A DNA stretch of 62,940 nt, filler included, from Candidatus Woesearchaeota archaeon (GTDB lineage Archaea > Nanobdellota > Nanobdellia > Woesearchaeales > BM511), in the NCBI GenBank assembly GCA_023266675.1. It is 5 parts of 5 records of this genome, joined end to end, with 100 filler letters (N's around TTAATTAATTAA, not from the genome) between each part and the next. Parts side by side here need not be neighbours in the genome. Positions count along the whole stretch, not along the records: positions 13,159 to 26,090 come from JAHFPP010000040.1; positions 26,191 to 38,458 come from JAHFPP010000041.1; 3 more parts are not named here. One strand, written 5' to 3'. Below the pieces are notes generated by a model. It ran no database searches, was not told where the DNA came from, and was given only the letters and a program-made list of their open reading frames with translations. How positions within the stretch are numbered: position 1 is the first letter of the stretch; every line of letters begins with the position of its first letter. Positions 18,201-26,410 of the stretch are shown piece by piece. Made by a program: the position numbers and the translations under genes.

Positions 18201-20380
18201 TTCTTTTAAATCAATCAGACACATCAATAGATATCTCAAATTATGCAGCTAGTTATAATGAAGGCTCAAATTCTGAAAAATCAATTTGTGTTCTTTCAAT
18301 TGACGGAAACAGTAACGGAGTATTTGGTGATTCAACAGATGACAATGTAATAATCGGGATTGGGCTAAGCAAAGATTGGAAAACAGACCCATCTGCATTT
18401 AATCTAAATTTTGGCTTATGCAATCCAAACACATTTAACAATAACTATGTAACGTGCCAGACTTCAGATTTTAAAAATAAATTTTACTATAATAATGCAA
18501 CAAATTCAATATTATTTAGCATGAAAACAATTTCTTTTAAAAATTCAAACAATGCATTAACATTAGTTTTCAACTGGATTAAAAGTTTTTTAGGTTTTAA
18601 AAACCAGTTTTCATCAAATTCAGCTTTTACAGGCTCAAAAAAATATGAAGCACTTCTTCATGCAGTGAATTCAAGTTTTAAATCTTCAGATATTCTAAGC
18701 AATCACATGTATTATTACACTGATTCTAAAAACCCTTCAAAAGAAATATTTGGTATAAAAGAATACAAGTTTGACACTTCAAGCAGCATAAGTAATTATT
18801 ATAACTACTTTATTTATGTGAATTATAAAGGGTATAACCTATCTTTATGCGATAGAGACCCTGTATCTGGAGATTATAAACTGCAGAAAGGTTTATCTGG
18901 TGCAAGTTCAAGCACTAAATTGACATGCAGTGTAGACAATTCAACAGTCATGATGATACTTGACCCAGCAGATACAAATACGCATAATGATTATTGGGCA
19001 GATTTTACTGCAAGAGTAAGGTCAACAGGACCATACGTTACACCTAAATCATTATGCTATGATGAATCTATAAATCTTGGAGAATCTGATCTTAATTGCG
19101 GCGGTCCATGCGCTAAATGCTCAGATGGATTAAAATGCAAAGTTAACGCTGATTGCGATTCTAATTATTGTGGCGCTACTAATCCTAAAATTTGTGAAAG
19201 ATTAGTACCTGATATGACTGTTCCTACTAATTATACTATCAATATTGTCAGAGATGGGGCAGGTGTTAATGCTAATAGTGTATCATTATCAGATGGAACT
19301 CATCCGATTGGAGACTGCCCTTCAGGTACTTCCTCATGTTCATTCTCAGTAAATAGTGGTAGCAAAGTTATTATGGCGGTGACTACTGGTGCTAGTGTTC
19401 CTTCTGTTCTTTGGACAGGTTGTGAACCTCAAATTGGATGGTCTAATAATGACCCAACTTGCACTGTAACAATGAATGCAGCAAAGACAGTTACAGCAAC
19501 GTTTAATTATGGTCCAGTATCTCCAACTTTATCTACAATTAGTATCATAAGAGTAGGAAATGGTGCTAATATCAATAGTGTATCATTGTCAGATGGGACT
19601 AATCCAATTGGAGATTGTTATCAAGATAGCACTACCCCTTGTTTGTTTCTAGTTAATACTGGAAGTAATATTATTATGGCGGTGACTACTGGTGCTAGTG
19701 TTCCTTCTGTTCTTTGGACAGGTTGTGAATCAAGACTAGGATGGAGTAATACTGATCCTACTTGCACTGTAACAATGAATACAGCAAAAAGTGTGACAGC
19801 AATGTTTACTCAAAGAACTGCAAATCAACCTAGTTCTACAACAGGAAATCCAGCTACTATTTCTAGCATAGGGTCTCTTAAAGCTGATAACGTACTATGT
19901 CACACCAATAATGAGTGTACTTCAGGAACTTGTAATCAGGTATGTTATACTCAAACATCTAAATGTCCTTCAGGTTGGCAAACAATTCAGAACAAAGACA
20001 ATACTTATATTTGTTTATTAAATTTTGCTGATTTATCTTATAATTGGAATCAAGCTAGATCATATTGTACTGTAATTAATGCTGACTTGCCAACTATTGA
20101 GCAATTAAATAATATCCCTTGTGATAACTTCGTTTTTAATCTTGTAAATCCAACTCAATCAGGCACAGTAAAAACTTTATCTGGTTCCAGTTCATCTGTG
20201 TTAGGTATAACACAGCATACAAAGTATCATAACAAAGGCGTTTCAGAAGAGGTTCAAGGTTGTACATATAATAACTGCGGTACAGATTATTACCACGGTG
20301 ATTGTAACACAATTTACACTACAGCTTTGTTGGATACTCAAAATACAGGATTTGTCTGTGTAGCAAATCCAATATCTTAA
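15293..20380 (+). CDS. Large secreted Cys-rich surface protein/adhesin (1695 aa)
   Basis: Signal peptide; three NAH repeats; ESDLNCGGPCAKC module; two tandem ~95-aa beta domains (WTGC..CTVTM..KxVTA.F); C-terminal C-type-lectin-like segment. Confidence 0.85.
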   Translation: MKNKLVFLFSFLIVFSLLFSSSILAVDTPINCQEGYKVVYQHPSKTCSNGVDTCSTPAKANDSIFYTQDISGTAAYGCSFGYATGSSYCYGNSMNGRCPASLAQGSFDFAEARSAGVHEDALLCYPKNIGTCVPITTASTPSSTHNLCSSDPAATNYCECDSSKIGNVSENGYICVTDKWGSTSTQYVWLNATSKWIDNTKSSTLRFKIYDLKSATQNYSIISNGKDLYYCNAQATYPSLPSSYIAVSDKGTFSNYITNQGTSADISGSEQVDDNSDANTGICQDVDNCLLNEDSSTSSGTQIEAAAVVDQINTDDKKSSSFICYQTNGVNNFAECCKGNCKNKDGVKSAYGIRTFGNGANIRSIVTYDNFNTTNPDILNNNFKIKKFDGTTQTLTLINQLPSDIKNIVSFNSLSFDIMSNHNITSNFSIRFYNNDVLFSDLKIENFISYNLNGVWHRVRIPQSSLVGLNSVTSIEIYYSGPATNENYVTVAIDNVNLDKDNYYCSSDGEKWIIGLNPPPSATTTVEKDIYKSACNGIRSFGWTGNKCCGYVPGEYYNDSEAGCFNGYKVFNDTTVKETLNKEEFNDLLFVNENQDKGSFYQCSFSQNINTESICNVKPTCDTSKETEVLEMSSNINAHAAKPGHTQTPSYQKLCCNTSKLNQISSSNQLFLSGNSNAHVSATKDAVYTETVTIGKGDATKASCSLTPGNQCPSGYSSLFSTSSQTNAHIAEAGYYEYNYCCGVSSGVSLTLAPLNLYSSPAVITKGACEIEGNHVCDNGNNWREMTQDDLYTTVNGVKKMNVSKTYTDSISMNNDTSPIGCCAVNHCWNGTSCVNGLVNFSQQFNNAIPDSEVYEKGIINKTDFGVVCSLGNWNISEKKYSPFHDHSGYCPLDSQCFYADSNGNNRKCYFNGAIVNDTLATLSDFMCSSGNWTSRTKLLADALYNVNTNGKPYSIFCDDMDVQKSINQFLLNQSDTSIDISNYAASYNEGSNSEKSICVLSIDGNSNGVFGDSTDDNVIIGIGLSKDWKTDPSAFNLNFGLCNPNTFNNNYVTCQTSDFKNKFYYNNATNSILFSMKTISFKNSNNALTLVFNWIKSFLGFKNQFSSNSAFTGSKKYEALLHAVNSSFKSSDILSNHMYYYTDSKNPSKEIFGIKEYKFDTSSSISNYYNYFIYVNYKGYNLSLCDRDPVSGDYKLQKGLSGASSSTKLTCSVDNSTVMMILDPADTNTHNDYWADFTARVRSTGPYVTPKSLCYDESINLGESDLNCGGPCAKCSDGLKCKVNADCDSNYCGATNPKICERLVPDMTVPTNYTINIVRDGAGVNANSVSLSDGTHPIGDCPSGTSSCSFSVNSGSKVIMAVTTGASVPSVLWTGCEPQIGWSNNDPTCTVTMNAAKTVTATFNYGPVSPTLSTISIIRVGNGANINSVSLSDGTNPIGDCYQDSTTPCLFLVNTGSNIIMAVTTGASVPSVLWTGCESRLGWSNTDPTCTVTMNTAKSVTAMFTQRTANQPSSTTGNPATISSIGSLKADNVLCHTNNECTSGTCNQVCYTQTSKCPSGWQTIQNKDNTYICLLNFADLSYNWNQARSYCTVINADLPTIEQLNNIPCDNFVFNLVNPTQSGTVKTLSGSSSSVLGITQHTKYHNKGVSEEVQGCTYNNCGTDYYHGDCNTIYTTALLDTQNTGFVCVANPIS
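19235..19810 (+). repeat. Intragenic tandem domain duplication
   Basis: Two ~290-bp copies; 56 bp identical at 19371-19426 and 19674-19729. Confidence 0.85.
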
Positions 20381-20476
20381 ATTGATACTAATTTAAATAT
20401 TTATAACACGGAGGAAATAAGATGCAAAAGAATTCAAAATCAAAAGATTCAAATAATAATTACAAAGGTGATATCA

Positions 20477-21250
20477 ATGAAATTTGAAGTTAATATAATG
20501 AAAAAACATTTTTGGATGATGTTAACAATAGGTATGGTTTTGATGATTGGTGTTGTTGTTTATGCTTTTGGGACAAATGACCCTACAAAGTTTGGTCATA
20601 GTGCAGAAGAAATTCAAATAAAAGTAGATAATCAACCTTATAATTTACAACAAGGAATAGATGTTATTGCAGCTAGACTTCCAAATGGAGCAGGAACACC
20701 TCCGGCAGCAGCAACTACTTATACTGCAGGAACAGGTATTTCAATATCTACTGATAATAAAATTAATGTTATAGGCACACAAACACAACTTTATCAATGC
20801 CCTAAAGGTTTGACTTCGAGTTGTGCAGGGGATTGGGTAATTGAAGGGTGTCAAGGACAAATATCTTCTAGTCCTACTTGTCACAATCAAATATGGAACT
20901 GCCTTAATGAAGATAGAATATGCACTCCTCTCACTTCTAACGGTATAGTTGTCACTCCAGGTGCAGCTGCTACTAGTAGTGCTACAAGTATTAAACAAAG
21001 CTGCCGTATTTTAAAAGGAACCGCAACAGGAAATAATGTTGATGGCGTTGTTTTAAATTGTAATAACGATGAATTTGCGATTGGAGGGGCATGTGTAGGT
21101 ACTGTCGCCCCAAACACCTACTATCTGGATTCTGTTGGTAGAAAATTTGCTTACGATAATCTTGTTGACAGTACTAGTTTACCACACGGGTTTGGTTGCG
21201 GATGGAGCTCAGGAGAAACATATTATGCAACTACTTTATGTTGTAAGTAA
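20477..21250 (+). CDS. Membrane-anchored/secreted Cys-rich protein
   Basis: GGTGA SD; N-terminal TM segment followed by DPTKFGHSAEEI; ends TLCCK. Confidence 0.75.
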   Translation: MKFEVNIMKKHFWMMLTIGMVLMIGVVVYAFGTNDPTKFGHSAEEIQIKVDNQPYNLQQGIDVIAARLPNGAGTPPAAATTYTAGTGISISTDNKINVIGTQTQLYQCPKGLTSSCAGDWVIEGCQGQISSSPTCHNQIWNCLNEDRICTPLTSNGIVVTPGAAATSSATSIKQSCRILKGTATGNNVDGVVLNCNNDEFAIGGACVGTVAPNTYYLDSVGRKFAYDNLVDSTSLPHGFGCGWSSGETYYATTLCCK

Positions 21251-21351
21251 ATTTTAAATTTTTTAATTTTTTTCTTAATTTTTTCTTTCACGAAAGATTT
21301 ATTAATAGCCTTATTCATTGTATTCTTAACCTATAGGGGAAAAGAGGGTAA

Positions 21352-22500
21352 ATGACGAATAATATAGAGACAGGTGTAGATAAACTTGTTCAGTTAATAA
21401 AGGAAACAAAGCGAATAACCGTAGCTGATGCTGCAAAAAAATTAGGAGTTTCTAAAACTGTTATCCAGGAGTGGGCTGATTTTCTGCAGGAAGAAAAAGT
21501 TATTGATATAGACTACAAATTCACGTCAACATGGCTTATTGAAAAAAAGATGACCGAAGAGGATATCAAAAATAAGAAGAACGAATTTGAAAGCCTTAAG
21601 GATAATTTTATCAGGAAAGTGGAATCATCAATTGAAAGCGTGAACCATGAAACTGAAGGTCTTGATCACATAAAAACTGAGTTTGATAAAATAAAAAAAA
21701 CTATTGGCGAAGAATACATTAAAGTAGAACATGAAGTCAAAGAGCTTGAAAGCTATGAGAATCTTAAGAGAAATATCGATCAGGAAATAATTAATCAGCA
21801 GGCGGAATTTCGAAATTCATTGAAACAGACGCATTCAGATTTACTTGAAGAAAACAAGAAATTTCAGAATCTTATCGAAACAATAAAAAAAGAAGAGCAG
21901 GAAATAAAGACTGAAGAAAAAGAGATGAGTGAGCTTAAGGCAAGAGAAGATTTAATTAAAACTAAATTCTCGGAAATGCTAGTGTTTATAGATGATATTC
22001 ATAAAAGAATTGACATTGGAAATACAAAAATAAACATTACAAAAGAGCATGTGAAAACGCTTGAGGAATCTGCAAATAAAATTGAGGAAGTATTGGCAGA
22101 AAAAAGGAAAATGCTTGACCCACTGTTTGATAAAAGCCGTGAGCAGGAAGAAAAAATAGTGCAAAGTCAAAATAGGCTTTTGCAGAAAGTTGTTGAAAAC
22201 AAGTCAAAAATAGGAAAAGCTGCTGATGAAGGAAAGAAAACAATAGACACATTTAAATTATTTTTTGAGAAAAAAGCGCAGGTAGAGATGCTTTTGATAA
22301 AAATTGAGGAAGACAAAATACGGCTTAAAGCTGAGCTTGGCAATCTGATAAAAAAAGCCAAGATGTATGATCTTGTCTCGGCTTCAAAATCGTCTGAAAA
22401 GCATATACTTGAGCTGAAATTAGCAATGGATAAGGTAGAGGAGAAAAAGGAGTTTTTCAAGAAGGAAATAGGAATGCTTCTTGGATTCATAAAAAAATAA
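21352..22500 (+). CDS. N-terminal HTH plus long coiled-coil protein, pilus-locus associated
   Basis: IETGVDKLV..AAKKLGVS..EWADFL; E/K-rich heptads. Confidence 0.75.
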   Translation: MTNNIETGVDKLVQLIKETKRITVADAAKKLGVSKTVIQEWADFLQEEKVIDIDYKFTSTWLIEKKMTEEDIKNKKNEFESLKDNFIRKVESSIESVNHETEGLDHIKTEFDKIKKTIGEEYIKVEHEVKELESYENLKRNIDQEIINQQAEFRNSLKQTHSDLLEENKKFQNLIETIKKEEQEIKTEEKEMSELKAREDLIKTKFSEMLVFIDDIHKRIDIGNTKINITKEHVKTLEESANKIEEVLAEKRKMLDPLFDKSREQEEKIVQSQNRLLQKVVENKSKIGKAADEGKKTIDTFKLFFEKKAQVEMLLIKIEEDKIRLKAELGNLIKKAKMYDLVSASKSSEKHILELKLAMDKVEEKKEFFKKEIGMLLGFIKK

Positions 22501-22593
22501 CTGGGTGAAATAATCAGAACAAACATAATAAAAAAGATAATCAAGTCAAGTAGGGATACTACTCAGATTACAGATGCATCCAAAGAAGCAGGT

Positions 22594-24147
22594 GTGCCGA
22601 ATATTTTATCCGGTGAAATATCAAATTCTGCCGCAAAAAATTTGTCAGAAAAACTTGAAGCGCTTAAAGATACAAGGAAAATAATTGACAAATATGATTA
22701 CATCTCAAAAAAGATACCGGTAACAATCACAATCTCAATGACAAAAGGCGAATTTGTCCCTATATATGAAGTTTCAATATCAAGCATTGGAGGCACAACT
22801 GAGATAATTCTTGAAAAAATACGTATGGAATTAATCAAGCGGGTAAATCTTGGAATAGTTGAGATAACAGACTCAAAAAAGACTTCAATAATAGAGGACA
22901 AATTTAAAGAGACGATAAGAATTCTAATAGACAAATATTTTCCAGACATTGATAATAATACAATGGAATTTTTAGTATCATATCTTATCCAAAGAAGCCT
23001 TGGAATGGGAAATATTGAAATATTGATGGATGACAAGGAACTTGAAGAGATTGTTATAAATTCAAGCGTTTCACCTGTATGGTGCTATCATAAAAAACAT
23101 GGATGGCTTAAAACAAATATTTTCTTAAAGGATGAGGAGCAGACACGCCATTACGCAACTATGATTGGACGAAAAGTTGGCAGGCAGATTACAGTTCTTG
23201 AGCCATTGCTTGATGCTCACTTAAATGAAGGCGACAGGGTTAACGCAACAATTATGCCGATATCAACTGCAGGGAACACGATAACTTTAAGAAAATTCTC
23301 AAGAGATCCTATGACTATTACTCATTTTTTAAAATACAAAACATTTTCATATGAGGCAGCGTCACTCATATGGCTTGCAATGCATTACGAGCTTTCTGCA
23401 TTAATTGCAGGAGGAACGGCCAGTGGAAAAACATCAGTGTTAAACGTTCTTGGTGCGCTTTTTCCTCCAAACCAAAGAATAATCTCTATTGAAGATACAC
23501 GGGAAATTCGCCTTCCAAAATTCCTTCATTGGGTGCCACTTTCAACAAGACTTCCAAACGCCGAAGGAAAAGGAGGAATATCAATGGAAGACCTGCTTGT
23601 GAACTCACTTAGAATGAGACCTGACAGGATACTTGTTGGAGAAGTCAGACGTCAAAGAGAAGCTGAAACGCTTTTTGAGGCAATACACACTGGGCACTCA
23701 TGCTATGCAACATTTCACGCAAACAATGCTGAGGAAACAATAAGGAGACTTACAAATCCTCCAATCAATGTTCCTCTTACAATGCTTCCTGCAATATCCA
23801 TGGTGATAATGCAGTTTAGAAACAGAAGAACAGGAATGCGTAGGACGTTTCAGATAGCAGAAATAACTGGTGAAGGAAAAGAAAACACGCTTATGCAATA
23901 TGATGCAAAGTCTGACGTTCTTGTAAATAAAAATAAATCAAAATCTCTCATGGATACGCTTCAGCTTTACACAGGAAACAGCATAAATGAGATAAAAGGT
24001 GAAATGAAAGAAAAAGAAACTGTGCTGCGATATCTTGTGAATCAAAACATTGAATCTGTTGACAGCGTTGGCCGTATAATGGCTGAGTATTATACAAACA
24101 AGGAAAACCTTATGAAGTTTGTTAAGCTTAACAAGATGCTTGGGTGA
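22594..24147 (+). CDS. Type IV pilus/Tad secretion ATPase (CpaF/TadA/VirB11 family)
   Basis: GGTASGKT, SIEDTREI, LRMRPDRILVGEVR, HTGHS..TFHA; start uncertain. Confidence 0.93.
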   Translation: MPNILSGEISNSAAKNLSEKLEALKDTRKIIDKYDYISKKIPVTITISMTKGEFVPIYEVSISSIGGTTEIILEKIRMELIKRVNLGIVEITDSKKTSIIEDKFKETIRILIDKYFPDIDNNTMEFLVSYLIQRSLGMGNIEILMDDKELEEIVINSSVSPVWCYHKKHGWLKTNIFLKDEEQTRHYATMIGRKVGRQITVLEPLLDAHLNEGDRVNATIMPISTAGNTITLRKFSRDPMTITHFLKYKTFSYEAASLIWLAMHYELSALIAGGTASGKTSVLNVLGALFPPNQRIISIEDTREIRLPKFLHWVPLSTRLPNAEGKGGISMEDLLVNSLRMRPDRILVGEVRRQREAETLFEAIHTGHSCYATFHANNAEETIRRLTNPPINVPLTMLPAISMVIMQFRNRRTGMRRTFQIAEITGEGKENTLMQYDAKSDVLVNKNKSKSLMDTLQLYTGNSINEIKGEMKEKETVLRYLVNQNIESVDSVGRIMAEYYTNKENLMKFVKLNKMLG

Positions 24148-24971
24148 TTAAAATATCAACCATATATAGGCTAATTTCAAACAAGTTTCCAGGTCTTGAT
24201 TTAAAGCTTAAATCTGCTGGTATGCCTGATACAAAGGATGAATTCATAAAAAAAACAGTTCTAACAGCAGGTTATACAACTCTTGCAATATTCTTTGTGG
24301 TATTTTTATTTTTGTCAAAAATATCAATAAAAATAAAACTTTTAATCCTTATTTTTGGAATTCCAATTTTGTTTTTCATAATCTTCTCTTATTTCATGAA
24401 GATACCTGATGCTAAAATAAAAGCAATGGAAAAGGAAATCAATAAGGAAATAATTTTTGCTGGAAGATTTTTAATAATTGAGATTGATTCAGGCGTTTCT
24501 TTATATCAGGCAATGATAAACATAGGAGATAGCTATGAAGTTGTCGGCGGTTATTTTCGGGAGATAATTGAGAAAATAAAAGTTGGAACAACTATGGAGG
24601 CGGCAATTAATGACGCCGTTGAAACTGTGCCGTCAGCAAATATGAGAAAAATACTTTGGCAGATTCTAAATTCGTTAAAAACAGGGAGTAACATTTCTCC
24701 ATCAATAAATTCTGTTCTTTCGCAAATAATCAGTGAGCAGCAGATTGAAGTTAAAGAGTACGGACGAAAACTTAACCCGCTGGCAATGTTTTACATGATG
24801 ATAGCTGTGATTATTCCAAGTCTTGGCATGACTATGCTTATTGTGCTTGCAACATTCATGAGTTTTAAACTAACACTTCCTGTGCTCCTTTCAATTGTTG
24901 GACTGCTTGGATTTGTGCAGTTCATGTTTGTTGCAATAATAAAATCGTCAAGGCCTCCTGTGGAGTTTTAA
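24144..24971 (+). CDS. T2SSF/TadB-TadC-like pilus assembly membrane protein
   Basis: GTGA overlap with the ATPase; TM-SGVSL-helical domain-TM architecture. Confidence 0.85.
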   Translation: MIKISTIYRLISNKFPGLDLKLKSAGMPDTKDEFIKKTVLTAGYTTLAIFFVVFLFLSKISIKIKLLILIFGIPILFFIIFSYFMKIPDAKIKAMEKEINKEIIFAGRFLIIEIDSGVSLYQAMINIGDSYEVVGGYFREIIEKIKVGTTMEAAINDAVETVPSANMRKILWQILNSLKTGSNISPSINSVLSQIISEQQIEVKEYGRKLNPLAMFYMMIAVIIPSLGMTMLIVLATFMSFKLTLPVLLSIVGLLGFVQFMFVAIIKSSRPPVEF

Positions 24972-25001
24972 ACTGATAATCAATATTCAAAAATAATAAA
25001 A

Positions 25002-26090
25002 ATGGATAAAAAAAAATTAAAAAACAGGGAAACTAAAGATAAGATTGTTTCATCTACTGATACTTTTGTTAATATTTCTACTCTTTCTAGTAGCAGTTCC
25101 GATAATATTGTCTCTGAATCTTTAGGAAGTAAATTTCTAAAGAAAAAACAGGAGTTATTAAAAAACAGCATTGCAGATAAAAATGCAAAAGACTCTGATG
25201 GTGACGGTCTGACTGATTTTGAAGAAAAAAAATTGTTTCACACAAATCCATATAAACAAGATACAGATGGAGATGGGCATGATGATAAGTCTGAAATTAT
25301 TGCAAAAACCAATCCACTTGATAAATTAAGCAGTCCAGACATTAAACCCTCACCTTTGATTTTAATTAAAAAAAGTCTTTTTCAAACTTTTTCATTGTTT
25401 CTAAAAAAAAGCAAAGATGATTTTGACGTTAAAAAGAAGAAGACAGACAGTGACGAAATAAAAAATTATTCTGATAAGGAGCTTGTCTTAAACAAGAAAA
25501 AGAAAGGAAAAATACTTGTAAGCAGGTATGAACATAAACGGCATCTTAAGGATTACCTTGAAAAAGCAGGGTATACAATAACTGACGAATCAAAAATATC
25601 GCAAAAAGTCAATTTTTCAGCAGTCATATTATTATTCTTTTTTTCAATATATATCACTTATTCAGGGATTGTAAGAGAGGACAAAGCAGTGTTCATACTA
25701 ACACAAATACTTTTGTCATGGGTTATAATTCTTCCAACTTTAATAGTTTGTTTTTGGGTTGTATTTTATTTTGTAATAGATTTCAAGATATATAACAGGC
25801 GTAAAGAGCTTGAAGAAGTATTGCCAGACTTTTTGCAGCTGACTAGCGCAAACATAAATGCAGGAATGCCGCTTGACCAGGCGCTTTGGTATGCTGTTAG
25901 GCCAAGATTTGGAATACTCGCAAAGGAAATTGAAGATGTTGCAAAATCAACCATAATAGGTGAAGACCTGGCAACTGCGCTTGAAAGTTTTGCAAAAAGA
26001 TATGATTCACAGATGCTTAAGCGGACAATAAACCTCATGCTTGAAGGGCTTGACGCAGGAGGAGAGATAGGACCATTGTTAAACAAGATA
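25002..26090 (+). CDS. TadC-like membrane protein with N-terminal DxDxDG Ca-binding repeats, 3'-truncated
   Basis: DSDGDGLTD..TNP..DTDGDG; LPDFLQLTSANINAGM; FGILAKEI. Confidence 0.85.
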
Positions 26091-26190
26091 NNNNNNNNNN
26101 NNNNNNNNNNNNNNNNNNNNNNNNNNNNNNNNNNTTAATTAATTAANNNNNNNNNNNNNNNNNNNNNNNNNNNNNNNNNNNNNNNNNNNN
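26091..26190. other. Artificial contig linker
   Basis: N44-TTAATTAATTAA-N44. Confidence 0.99.
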
Positions 26191-26410
26191 TTACAGAAAG
26201 AATTTTTCCTGCTGAGATATTATCGCCAAATGAAGAGCCGCCAGGAATTACAAATATGTGAAACTCATTAATGCTCTTTTTGCCGCCAAACAGATCATTC
26301 ACATGAACTTTTTCACAGTCAGCACCAGCATTGTTAAATGCATATCCTATCCTATCATCAGATGATATGCCAAATCCTGTAAGCACACATACTTTTGGTT
26401 TGTTTGTCAT
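26191..26410 (-). CDS. purQ: PurQ-like glutaminase subunit, N-terminal part (divergent, truncated by contig edge)
   Basis: KPKVCVLTGFG..AF..AGA..VHVNDL..IPGGSSFGD..AGK; overlaps the purL-like stop. Confidence 0.75.

Noticed and set aside
19235..19810. DGR template/variable repeat pair
   Set aside because: Both copies are in-frame coding domains, the differences are not adenine-specific, and no reverse transcriptase is in the window
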